Origin: Trichoplax sp. H2
Lineage: Eukaryota
Length of the DNA: 64,000 nt
Direction of reading: 5' to 3'
NCBI GenBank assembly: GCA_003344405.1
Contig: NOWV01000159.1
Coordinates: forward strand, 1-64,000
Part shown: positions 13,389 through 30,800 of the stretch, piece after piece
How the letters are laid out: every line of letters starts with the position of its first letter
Position numbering within the stretch: position 1 is the first letter of the stretch
Position numbers and translations under genes: made by a program
Notes under the pieces: model-generated
The model's database searches: none
Seen by the model: only the letters and a program-made list of their open reading frames with translations
Told to the model about the DNA's origin: nothing

Positions 13389-14664
13389 TAAGAATTCCTC
13401 TTTAAGATTTTATTGTTGCATAGATCTATCTAACAGGAGCTAAAGTAGATATTTTTTATCATTCCCTTAAGCTATTAGATCTCATGAAAATACATAATGG
13501 TGTTGATTCTATTGTTGTACAGTACAAGAAAATCAAACTTAATTTCTCAAAACTTTTAATACCTTTCTGATTATTCATACCTTAGTAGTTGGTGGGTGCA
13601 TATTATAATATATTAAATCTGGGTTTCCTGCAATGTGTTCAGAACTGTGTAACTATATATATTATTATCTTAACTAAACTTGCTTTTTCTATGACAGTTT
13701 CAGTAATAATAGTTAGTAAAAAATTTAATAAAATAATAAATAATATAATCGGTAGAGCTATTAAAGTTTCGGTCCTATGAGTAACAAATTTTTTAGATGA
13801 TTTTTCATAATGAAATAAGTAAATTTTGTGTATAATTGTTACATTAAAATTTTAAATTTTAAAATGCTCAGTTACGTAATTGTGTAATAACATACCGTAC
13901 TCAGAAGTAATGAGAGATTAAGACAAGTATGCATACTTGGTCAAGTTTACATAATTTATCTTTTACTTATCAGTATTAGCAGAAAGATACATTATTTCAC
14001 TAACAAACGTATTTGATAAAAGATCTTCGTATTTTAGAACAAATTGATCATAGGGCTTTGTCTTTGTGATCGTAATTGTACTTGTTTAATTAATCGGAAA
14101 ATTTATAGCATATCCTATACGGCTATAACTAAATGATATTGTAATTTGCATGATTATGGGTAGGCTAATGGCTAAAAACTACTTCGCAGCATCTGATAAT
14201 TGAATCTCTTATCCCCATCACCTACCCATTAAAAAGACACGCTGTCAAAAATAGCAGGTCTAGTAATTGTGTAAATATTGGCTTTATTGATTTACAGTTT
14301 ACCTACAGCTTCTTATTAGCATAACCCTGTTGACATTATGTAGTCATTTAAGCGCACGATAATTACCAAGTATAGTATGTAGTAGTAAGCCATCCATTAT
14401 GGAACTCACAATAACGCGTTTAAGCCATTAGTATGGATAGTTCATTTCATTTAAACGTAGAAAATACCATAGATTCATGATCACCCTTACAAATATACCA
14501 TACTATAACCGTAATTTATGAAATAAATTTGTTACCTAATTTTCAAAGGTACTTCGCTAATAAATACTCATAGTGAATAAATAAACTCAATTGAATAAGA
14601 TAAAATAAATTCAATGATTTCTCAACAAATCGATATTTCTTAAGAAAACGAGGGAAGAACTTTG

Positions 14665-17600
14665 TCAAGAGGTGCCAATTTCGTACAGTTCATCGCTGTC
14701 ATGTAACATAAATACCGAAATATCTGTATTACAGCTCTATTGATTCGGAGTCAGAAGAATTATTGTGCCTTTTCATAGATTCTAAATATGGCAAAATGAG
14801 TCTGTAGGGTAATTCGGAGAGGACAAAAACTATTCAGTCAATCAATCAATTTTATGCATAAATAAAAATGCCATAACTCGCCTTTCATAATGTTTTCTTG
14901 TGCACGTCGCTGCACTCGTGATGCCACTACTGCCTCCGAGTCCATCGTATACTTTACGCCAATATCGCTTGGCAGTAACCTGGGCAGATAATTAGGTAAA
15001 TGAATAGTCTACTCAGTATTTAAAATAATATACTAATAGGTAATAGTGACCTTTTCGTATCCTCCTAATCTTTCAGTTAGCCGATAAAGGGACCATAGAT
15101 TAACTAAGAAGCATTGTTATGTATTAGAAGTTACATAATATGATCAGCATTAAACATTTAGATATGCTGATCTGGTAATAATATACTCATACTTACTTTA
15201 ATGTCCAAGAATAGAAATAATAGACACGAAATTTAATATCACAATTTGTATATATACATTGTTCCCATAAATGATTATATAGACCTTACTTTTTTTGAAT
15301 CCTAGAGCTGGAATGTGTTTGATTGGTGTATTTCTGTCTCTCATAAATTTGAATAGGCTGGTGATGAAAGCTGTTTCTTCATTTAAAGGCTTTAAACTCT
15401 AATCGTGGTGTAAGCACGTATTAATTTTGTTAAATGCTACGTAGAATTATTAAAATTAGTGCGAATATAAATATGTTCAATAAACTGTCGACTACTACAT
15501 TAATTTAACGTCAAATGACGAACCTTGCGGTCACTATGTCTTTTTGCAACCATTTGCCTAGTTTCTCTAAACGAGACAGTATCGGTAAAGGAACTGTTAT
15601 CTGATCTTTTCTTTTTCCTAGGGCGTCCTTTTAAGACAGGTACTATAGATCCCAAGTCGTAATTAATTAACTGTTTCAGTAGACAGTCAACAACAATAGG
15701 ACTGGCGATATTATATTGACAAAGTTCTGATTGACTATGTAATTATAGTTACACCTAATGATTGACGATTTTGCTTCATTAGTTGAACTTCCGGAGATGA
15801 AAATTTACTTCGACAGAAGAAGATACGTTGAAAATCGTGCGAAACGTCTCCTATAGCACATGTCAAGTCTTTATGTTTCCATTTGTGATATGACTCGCAC
15901 AGCCTACTCCGCGTCGCTCGATAACGACAGTAATGAGCATAGCTCAAAACAGAAACTTGCCTTTTACAGACATGATGGCTAGCAGTCATACTGTCGCCGC
16001 TATTTATCGTACTAACAGTCTGAAGGGCAGATGGATTTATACAAACTAAATTCTTATCATAGTCATTCACAATGTTCGGTCCATTGTGCATTTGGTAACT
16101 TCGATTGGAAGGCCAATCGTAGATATTTCGTTCAGCTGATATGAGCTCATGACATCTAATAATAATGTTTTCATCAGAAGCTAGTAATTCATCCTACAAT
16201 AGACAAAAATCTTATCAATAATCTCGCAAATTCGCTATCATACAACTACATCATACTAAAGAAATTTAAAATTGCAACATCTATGTTCACTTTACTACTC
16301 CACTGTTGTACAGTTGCACTAATATAATAGCTACTTCGATTCAGCTAAGCTTACACGTGTTCATTCGTTTCACTACTATTAATAATTTGCCAGTACGATC
16401 TTAACTAAACGAGTAAGCAAGCGATCTAAGAGTTAAACTAATCTTTGCATCTTTATACATTACACATTTTATGTGAATTGCTATAATGTGTACACTCTAT
16501 GTAACTAATAATTTGATCTCATAATATCGTTAAATCTAGTAGTAAGTGGCTATGCATACAATAAATAATCTTCTAAATTAATCTAACTCATGCGACTGTT
16601 GTAAATACTTAGGTATTCTATATTAAATGATACGCATATACAAAATAGTACTCAGTTAATGTTCATTAGCTATCCGCCAAGTTGGAGTAGTGCAAATAAA
16701 CGAAAGATTCCAAAATACGAATTACAGAATTGTGAAAAATTTAACCTGAGATGTATATTAATATATACGTATATATACAGTAAATAAAACACTATAAAAT
16801 TTGTATTTTCTGAATAAATTCGTGTAATACGCGTAAATGCAACGTAAAATATTATTCTCTAACATTTTGTACGCACTATATAAATAGTTTAAGATGAGCA
16901 TTCATCGTGATTAATCTACAATCTGAGGATATCATTTAGCAATTACAGTGCATTCTACAATGTGGCAAAGTTTTGGAATAGGAATTCGAATTACGAGAAA
17001 GATTAATTCATGATTACTATTTCATGTAGTGAGCGCATTTAGCTTCATTGGATATTAAGGCTACGATATAGTACATGTGTTTTACAATTCATTAATCTAC
17101 GAGTACACGGATAAATACCTCTCCATACTGATAAAGTGGACGATTACCATCCGGTGTGTCTTCCGGTCGAAAATAGAGGCGCAGACTGAGTAATTTATCA
17201 TGTTTTACCGTATCTTCCCATGCCAATTGTATTTCAGCTATGCAAATTGGTAAGTCAGAGAATTGAAGAACGAAAAATTCTCCTAAACGATATACGGAGC
17301 TGATACCAGAACTTGCTGTTCGTAACGATCGATAAAATGAATAAACTCCATGCCAACCACATCGTTCTCCTATCCACTGAAAGAGATGCGTATCGTATAA
17401 ACGGATTTAATGCTAGGTAAATATACGTATTATATTATAATTATTATATATAATTTATCAACGCATAGATACTGTAATGATGTTATTAGCGTCTGTCATG
17501 CATTATTTCCTTAGTTTGTTCAAAGATCATTTCCATTGTTTATCTATCTGAAAGCGATACTGAAGGAGTTGCAATTGATACTGTAAAATTATCGCTTTCC

Positions 17601-18299
17601 ATGGCTACGTAAGAAGATGCTACAGCCCTACCAGCGAGTTAGTCACATACATTCAGCTATTTACCGTAAACAGACACCGTACTTTATCAAATTGAGCTGT
17701 GACTTGATCCAGCTTACAGTATATAGGAAGATCATTACTGTACTGCTCTAATTCGATACCTAAATATCGAATTTATAAGAACTACTATTGCATACAGTAT
17801 TAGCCAAATATTACATACGATTCTCTTGCATACGTATTAAATAAAATATACTATACACGAGTAAATCAACAAATTCGCTACATAAAATATCTTTGTTGTT
17901 ATCTTGATCAATACGGATAATTACTTAATAGACAAGCATTATTGCATTAAAAAAATTAGAGAAAATTGTATTCAATTTTTTAACTCTACAGTAATAGTTT
18001 TTTCTACCAGTCTACTCGTAAAAATGTAATAATTTTACATTTATAAATTTGGCAGCAAAAATTTACACATGATCGCAAGCGCCTACTGCTTTTGCAACTG
18101 GAAAGAAGCTAACGAAATTTAGTTTCATCGCATACGCGTGCGTAGATAATAATGTTTATTACTTGAAAATGTGCGACCTCCAGGGCATAAAATGCAAAGG
18201 ATAAACTACAGTTATTCTAGTTTGATATGATCTTTTACTTAAGAATAAATCTACCCTTACTTCGCAGGTATAATTTCGTAAATCATGATTTTCCGCCAT
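14665..18299 (-). CDS. ARID5B: ARID5-family transcription factor (N-terminal BAH-like domain plus ARID domain), multi-exon
   Basis: Exon ~17120-17377 reads WIGERCGWHGVYSFY...PICIAEIQLAWE...LYFRPEDTP, like the ARID5B N-terminus. ARID exons read FITSLFKFMRDRNTPIKHIPALGFKKINLW...LGGYEKVTAKRYWRKVYDGLGG...TSAATCTRKHYERLILPY. First exon 18299-18261 (MAENHDLRNYTCE). Confidence 0.88.
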
Positions 18300-18803
18300 A
18301 GCGACATTTCCAAGAAATACAGTACTGTATAAAGTACGTACAGTCTAGTACAGTACAGTACTGTACTAGTTAACTCCACTCACGTCTGTACGTACAGTAC
18401 TGTACAGTATTGTACCACTGTACACTGTACTGTACAGTACAGTATATAAATTACATAGGCATTGCTGGGTACTGTACAGTACAGTCCTGAGTACTGTGTA
18501 TTGTGCTCTTTGCCTCAGATATCAGAATTAGATGTGAGAAAGGTTCTGTTCAGTGTACAGTACAGTACAGTAAGTACAGTAAGCACTGTAAAATAACTGG
18601 CATACTGTACTGTACAGTGTACAGTACAGTAAGTCTAAACCATACTAATTAGAATTGTACAGTACAACATTAGTGTCAAAAACGGGTTTATCGAAGTCTA
18701 TCCAGCGAGTTCGTTTTGAAGTGTTTATTAATTAAGCGATTTCTTTAAATTCTTTACTGTTAAATCGGTTTGCTGTAAGAGGTTAAGCTGATCTTGTAGT
18801 AAA
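18300..18803. promoter_or_regulatory. Putative bidirectional promoter (ARID5/PYROXD2) with (TACAG)n arrays
   Basis: Head-to-head starts about 500 nt apart, with dense TACAGTAC/GTACTGTA clusters at ~18318-18665. Confidence 0.6.
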
Positions 18804-21800
18804 ATGTATAAATTAATATCTGGAACATCGAATATCAATAAGAGATCAATAAAGATATCGAATGATTTGTCGAAATGTGTGATCCGTTGCATATCCAATC
18901 GAAAAGATTTAAAGGTCCATTATGATGCTGCCATAATCGGAGCAGGTGCTGTTAATAATAAATTCATCGTGATTTTAATCATGGCACTTTGCATGCATTT
19001 GCATTTCAGACCAGCTCACAGCTTCCCAAATACAGTACAATTCAGACAATTTGTTCAGTATAGTAAATTGCTAGCGATAAAATAAAGATTCTCGCTTAAT
19101 TATCTTGTATCAAATATTGAGCATACATTTACTTGTATGCTACGCACAACTAGATTAGTTATATTCATTCTGTTAATTTTTTCCTTACTTTAAAGTCGTT
19201 CTATTAAGTAATACAGTACAGTGCAAGGCTAACGGAAGGGACTGCAGTACTGCTGATTGCTGGCCACTTTCGTTGGCAGTTTGGTCGATGCTTGTAATCA
19301 TTCAGAACCTACTCATTATACCGTAATAATGATATGCAAATTTTATAATCCGAGTTGGTTTAGTCTAGTCATAGACTACTAGATACTACTGTACTGTGGA
19401 CCAGGTATCTAGTAGTCCATGCTTTAGTTTACTTACTCCGTAATCAAAAGACTGGTCTAAATTATTAAAATGGACCGATACAAGGTTGAAATTATTTTAT
19501 CTCTTGGTCTTTCTGAACTTATTCTTATACTTGTTATTAATGTCCCTCATTTTCTAGGGCATAATGGCTTAGTTGCGGTGAGTGAGCGGGTATTTACAGT
19601 CTTTGTTAACATTTACGTAAAATAATACAGCATATAATGACAAACAAATCGGATACTGTGTGAGTTGCGATTCTGAAGGTACCTGATGTATAGAGATCTG
19701 ACAAAATTTTTATTAATTAATTTATTTATTTATTTTGGTACAAGCTTGAAGGGTAGGTAAATTTCATAATTAATAAGCGTGGATAAACAGGACAATTGTT
19801 AGTGAATATACTGTATAATTTTGTATCATTATTTGTCACAGGTCTGAAGAATTACAGTACATTACGCTCATCTTAATTTTTACCTTTACGCAGAAGAATG
19901 ATGTATGGGTTTGGGTTCACTGGTTTCGTTGATCATAAGCGTATTCGATGATAAACAGTACATTACGTTCATCTTAATTTTTACCTTTACGCAGAAGAAT
20001 GATGTATGGGTTTGGGTTCACTGGTTTCGTTGATCATAAGCGTATTCGATGATAAATAAATACATTTCCCATATAGGATACTGCTCATGAATACCAAAAC
20101 AATAGTTTTAATTCCAGTTCTGTAACTTCAGCTCATACTTACACTACATAACGTAACTTACAGTTAGTTTCATTATACGAGTTTACTTACTCAATTACTC
20201 ATACATCTCATAGGCTGCTTACTTGCAAAAGGCTGGATTGAACGTTGGCGTATTCGAAAATAGAGAAATTATCGGCGGAGCTGCTGTTACAGAGGAAATT
20301 TTTCCAGGTCCTTCATATTGGCTATTGAAATAATGACTGCATCGTAATATTGTTTGTTTGTCTAATGCAGCGGTGCTGCAATAGTTTTGTCAACAATTGT
20401 TAAGATTTCGATGATAAACATGAAAATAGGATAGATATGCTTGACAGCTAGAGTATTGAAATGGTATAACAAATTACTTAACAATCGTCATAAACGTCTA
20501 CGATCAGTTACTCCCTTGAATAAATTTCCTTACAGTTTCTAATATCGAACGATATCAATTTTGGATTATTATTATACGTCCATAATCTATCGAAATTGAT
20601 TGTACACTGTACAGTAATTAAAAATATTAAACTGAGATGAAAAGTCACATTACCCATGATTTAATTATTATATTTAATTACTGTATTTAGGTAACATCAA
20701 CGACCAGCACTACTGTGTTATGTTTATAAAACAGTAGCAGATTTCTATAATTAAAGAATCGAATCTAAATTTTAGGATTTAAATTTTCTCGATGCTCGTA
20801 TGTACTAAGCTTACTAAGACCACAAATTATTAAGGACCTCGAACTCAAGGTAGTTAAGATTAAGAAAGCATTGAATACACCATTATGTAATATAATAATC
20901 GCAGCGATACTCAGAGCATTTATTCAAACAAAAATATGAAAATATAAAATTAACGACTAAGTTTTAACATATCCATATTTCGTCGTAGAAATTCGGGTTG
21001 AAAGTTTATATCCGTGACCCAAGCTCTTATACGCCAGTTTTGAAAGAGTATTCCAACGGTGTTCCTAAGGCATTGATGCTTGGCCGGGATGGTGACGAAA
21101 ATAGGCGCCAAATTGCTCAATTTTCACGTCATGATGCAGAAATTTTTGATAAATACGAGGCATTCTTAGCAGAAATAGGTAATAGCATAAATTAATATCG
21201 CTAACAGTCTAATACTGTAAATGGTTATAGGACATTTCGATATTTAGTTTCAGCTATTGATCCGTTATACGACCATCAAGCACTTGATATTGATGCCATA
21301 ATGAACGGTAATATAAAGGCTAAATGGAAAAATTTGCCATCGCTGTACGCCCTCCTTCAAACAGGTGTTTTGTTGATCGTTTTTTTAGGTCTGCTTAGGT
21401 ATTATTTATCGCTTCCTGTACTCTACAACTACTAATGTCGGTTAATTATCTTGGCTAATTGTAGGAATAAAGCTAGGGAAAAATATCCCTGATTTTATTA
21501 AATTAATGTCTGCCCCTGCCATTAAGATAAGTTCTATGATGTGATTAAGCACCTTCAAAACAGTTATAATTAATTATGATCATACCTGCATTTTTATCTG
21601 ATATCATTCGTTACTTTAAGTTTTAGATACCTGGTTTAAATCTGACGTTTTGAAAGCCACATTGGCTACTGATGCAGTAATTGGAACTACAACTAGCCCA
21701 TATCTTCCGGGCAATGGGTTGATAATATTGTGATTTTTATTCGCTTTCTGGGCTACTCGTAAGTAATTTTTCTTGTTGCAGATACGTATTACTCCACCAT

Positions 21801-23905
21801 GTTATGGGAGAGGTTGACGGCATAAAGGGTGCTTGGGGCTATGCTGAAGGTGGTATGGGTGCTGTTTCCTCAGCAATTGCTAGATGTGCCGAATCTCACG
21901 GCGCCTCTATTTTTACTAATTCTGTAAGATATATCATTATAAATTAAGGCATTTAACTAGACAAAAAGACACCATTGAAATTGAGTTACTAAAAGACACA
22001 ACTTTAATAATCTGCTAATAGAGTGTAAAAGCAATCACTTTGGATTCAAAATCGAAAAAAGCAGTTGGAATAGTATTGAAGAGTGGGGAAGAGATTTCTG
22101 CAAGAGTTGTCTTATCTAATGCAACACCGTATATAACTTACACCCAACTGCTTCCGAATGAGGCTTTGCAGGAGGAACACGTTAGGAGCATAAGAAACTT
22201 TGATTACTCATCTCCTGTAGCAAAAATTAACGGTAATTATTATTATAGATTAAATTACAATCCTTAGAGCATAAACTTTTTACCATGTATTTCATCCAGC
22301 GAAGACCACTTAAAATTGTATGATAATCACTAAACTACCAATATTGGTTGCAGCATGAATATTTCTTAACTGAATATAGCAAGTTTATAAAACAATGACC
22401 AAGTTTAGCATATATGGTACTTCGTTATTCAGTATTTAATGTCTTGTCAGTAACCTTATATACGTATGGGTAATTTTCTTTAGCAAATGATGTTTGCATC
22501 TTCATTATTATTACTTGATACTCAATCGAAGAGTATTAATATCATGTAAATGAAAGAATCAGCAAATTAGCGTACTAATATTAGAATCTGCGATATCTAT
22601 TTACTGTATTACTATATGCGAGTAACCTGTTGGATTTGCTCAGTAAGAACTTTCAGAGCCTGTATTCAGCTGATCTAGCAGATACTAATTGCGTTTATAG
22701 AATTTGTGTATATTGCTGTAATATTTACATTCTTGTAATATACCGTAACGATTCCTGTCATTAGTGGCGATTAATCAGCTACCGAATTTTACCGCTACAC
22801 CGAATACTACTAATAAGCTACCTGGTCCTCAACATCGAGGAACAATTCACTTAAATTGTGAGCATCCTAAACTTATCCACGATGCTTATGAAGACCTAAT
22901 GAAAGGAGAAATATCAAAGAGGTAAATGCAGTCATTGACAAATTGTAACAAATGAATCCTTTATGATACAGTAATTCGATGATTTTTCCAATTTACGCTT
23001 GCTTTAAAGACCTGTTATAGAAATGTGCATACCTTCCGCTATCGATCCAACGGTTGCACCAAGTGGAAGCCACGTTGTTTCCTTATTTACGCAGTACGTT
23101 CCATATAAGATGAATAATTCACCCGAATGGACTACTGTGGCTCGCGATAACTATGCTAATGCAGGTTCATAGTCTATATACTGTATAGTGGTATGAATCA
23201 ATGTTATCTATGCAGATTGCAAATACTGTACAATATCGTCATCATATTAATTATATCAACAATGAAGTACTTATCTTAAGTATTTCCTTCTATATAAGTA
23301 TTCGAAAACATAGATGAGTATGCACCAAACTTTAGCAAATCTATACTTGGATATGAAGTATTAGCACCGCCAGACTTACAAAAAATCTTCGGCCTAACCA
23401 GCGGCGTATGTCTATTTAATTGTTATGATTACTGTGCATTGGCATTCAAGTTACAGCACCAGTTATTTTATTCATTAGATCTGTTGCAATATCATGCAAA
23501 CGTTTAGAAATAATCTGAATTACCCATCTTTCCTTTACCTTCAGAATATCTTTCATGGTGCACTTTCACCTGACCAACTGTACTTTAATCGGTCACCTAC
23601 TTGTCCAAATAAGTCCATCAAAGGAGTATTTATATGCGGCTCTGGCTCTCACCCAGGTCTGTATAAAAGTATATGTATTTATTCTGATGTTATATCGTAT
23701 AATAATATTTTGATAATGATTCCACTTTGTTGTACTGTACATCTACTACTGTCTATTGCTAAAAATACTGCCCCATCTGTTAATTGATATTTTTAGTAGC
23801 ATAGCGTTTTTAATAGTATTCCAAATTGTTTCCCTTACAGGAGGAGGAGTATCGGGGGCCCCCGGTCGTTTGGCAGCGCTAAATGCTTTATCCTACTTGC
23901 AATAG
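18804..23905 (+). CDS. PYROXD2: Pyridine nucleotide-disulfide oxidoreductase domain-containing protein 2 (phytoene desaturase-like flavoprotein), multi-exon
   Basis: [105 protein letters not shown]-like motif, and [12 protein letters not shown]. The basic N-terminal extension is consistent with mitochondrial targeting. Confidence 0.95.
19854..20055. repeat. Tandem duplication, 2 x 101 bp, in a PYROXD2 intron
   Basis: 19854-19954 and 19955-20055 are identical apart from one visible substitution (ACGCTC vs ACGTTC). Confidence 0.92.
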
Positions 23906-24276
23906 CATCAATCAGCTTAACGTATCGCATACTCTTTATTGATTTTTGCATGGAAATAAGCTGATAAACTTCCATATGGAAGAATTTATTTTCGAAATAC
24001 AAACGCAATCAATAAAGTATTGACGGTGTTATATATAGTTCTTTAATATTAAAACTATCTGTCAAGAATGGTACTGATAGCCACAAACTGCACCTGTTTG
24101 TAATGCCTTCATTAAGATAATAAACAAGACATTAATCAATATAGCCTGTAGTTATCTAAAGAAGTTTAAACCTTGTCTACGAATAAGTTCGTCGTTTGTC
24201 GAAATCAACGTAGACACTAAATCGCAAAGTTTGCTACAAGCGAAATATGACCAGGTTAATAGTATAGTTAACAGGG

Positions 24277-27851
<3,575 letters not shown>

Positions 27852-30800
27852 TTACGAAAATTAAGGGCGAATGATCTCGTGTAAACCAAGAATTAAAATT
27901 ATTGTTACGAATATCTTCCCACTGTAAACTCTTGTCTGCAGTATATACAGTAGCTTCTGTACTCCTGCACAGCAGCTACTGCTCGTACTGACAATCCACT
28001 CATAGTACAAAGTTATACAGTACTGTATCTCGATGCAATTCACTACTTACTGTACTGTACAGTGCTTAGTAAAAGCGCATACAGTACACTGTACTGTACA
28101 GTACAGCGGGATTAACTTCGGTGGCACTAAGGAAAATAAACCATGTACTGTACTGTAGGCTACATTAAGCCCAAAGACCAAAGTAGATAAAAGCTTCGAT
28201 GTACAGTAGACGTAGCCCAATAACTCAGGGATGTAAACCTGGCTTTTATTTCTATAGATTTGTTCTAATTTGTACAGTATTCGTAAATTTTTGACGAAGG
28301 ATAGCGTACTGTACAGTACAGTATATACTATAAGACTGTTATGTTCGTGGTAATCGGTAGTACTGTACAGTAGGTTTAATTGAGAATCGCTTATTAATCA
28401 ATCAGAATCGTGCATTTATACATTTCCGAAATTACTTTATATATGGTACAATTAATGTGTGTTTTAACACGTTTAAGTAGCAATATCTATATTTAATAGA
28501 ATAGAATACACACTGAAATTATAGCAAACCTATTAATGGAAGTAACTTCACAATCCAAGTACTGTACTGTACTGTAGTACAGTACAGTACAGTACTCTAC
28601 AACAAAGACCACTATTGAAGGGGCGTGGCGAGCCCTCTAAAATGTTTGAAGAAATGTACTGTACAGTACAGTACTTTAAATTTGGCTCAAATTCCATGCA
28701 GACAGATCTGTGCAACCATGAGCAATTAGCTCTTGATATATTTTATTACTTTTTACCGCAGTATTGAATAATTATATTTCTTTAAAGTTTCTAATGCAAA
28801 CGATCAGTCGCTGTTACATGCACGGTCACTCCAACCATTTTACAAGTCACGTTGTAATACCGGTCTACAGTACAGTATACTGTACCTACTTACCTACTGT
28901 CAATATTGCGGTATAAACTAGGGATACAGTACGCCGTCAAAATGAGTTTTTATTTAGCTTGTTAAGAGGATACACAATGTGCATTGTGCATTGCACACAG
29001 ATAAAAAGAATTATTAACATCTAAATAATTTTATGTAGAGACACGGCGCAATACGTATCTCCTAGGTAAATCCAACGAGCTATAAAGTATACCACATTAT
29101 GAGCAAGAAATAGGATACTCTGCACTTAATGATGCATGTTATACGCATCACTGTACAGTACATGCTGTTGTATTACCAAGAATCCAGTGTAACGACGTTA
29201 ATAATATCTACATTTATTTGCTAAGAGCATTCAGAAATTAATAAAATTTAAAATTTAATATATTATACGGAATTTTAGTATGTGATTAGTAGATACTATA
29301 TCACGTATACATCCAATAAACAATGGGATTGTATAGAGCACTGACCATCACAAATTCGACAATCAAAATTTATAATCCTGCGGATAATCTAGATGCGTAC
29401 ACTAGCTTAACAACTGCAGAAACTCATATATGGTATAGCAATTACCATACTCCTGTCGCAAATAATTATATTAATCTTATAATAAATTAACAGTAACATG
29501 AGATGCTGCACAATCGAAAGTACGCTAATGAATTGTGGCCTAAATTTGTGCATATAGAGCAGAATAATAGTAACAATACTTACGATTTATCGTAATATTT
29601 TGCTATTTCTGTAGTCGTTTCTTATTTACTCCTATGAAAATTATATTCTTAATTCCTCTGCCGCTAACATCATAGCAATCTAACTGAGAATCACTCCAAG
29701 CCACTGATAAAATCATACTATCGATAGTGCACTTGTTCTCAACTATTTGCTAGTACATCATAAACACCCGCAATTTTAATCACTTATTTTAAACTGCTAT
29801 TACTATGCGAAATAAGTACCAAAAAAGAACTGCACGTATACGAAGTACTGTATAACCTTTTATAAAGTGTAACCGAGATCAAGAATCTGAGACTTTGAGC
29901 TTTCCTTTAGCCTACTCATTGGAAGTACATGCCAAGCGCGATATCCTACACACGTTAACGAGACGTAAGAACTGTGGCAATAATCAGCTCTAGTACGAAC
30001 ATAACTTTAATACCATATCCTAATGCACGTGAACATTTGTAGCATGTGATCTTAATCTAGTACAGTACAGTAGATAAGATGTAGATAAGCCGTAAATAGT
30101 AAATAGTATTGTACTGTACGATATCTAGGATTCCCCACGTTCTATGGCGCGTACACTACTGTACAGTACAAGGTAACAAGCAGTAGTTTACAGGACGGGC
30201 GATGTTATGACATAAAGATCACTTTGTGGTACTGTATACGACGTACTGTATCATTTATACGAAGGTAGAGAATATAAGCAACACAATCTGTACTCGCGAA
30301 ACTCGGATAAAGCAATTAATATTCTACAGTATATTACTACCTAGAAATCAATCAATAACAGTAGTGAATAGGACTTTACGTGATAAGTTAAAAGTGATTA
30401 TAGCTCCTTCTTCTATCGTAAAGTGATGTCAAATGATGCCACTTTCACGAATTATGTTAATATGTCAAAAGTCGTACCTAATTATGAACACAGGTGAAAA
30501 CAAAATCAAAATAGAAGAGACCTTGGCGCACGCGAGAAATAATTTAAATGGAAGAAGAAAAAATAAAAAAATTGTTGTAATACATGTAAAATCTATTATA
30601 TATTTTATACAATAACGATATATGCCCGGTCGCCAACAAGATCGATTTTATATTGAAATAATGATTCAAAGGTTTTTAAGGTAATAGCCATTAGCCACAG
30701 AGGTATTAAAGTAATAGCTGAGTTTAATATAGTGAATGCTTCGTATGATTGGTGATTTACTTACCCTTAAGCTTACTGCGGTCGCTTTTATAGTTTTATA

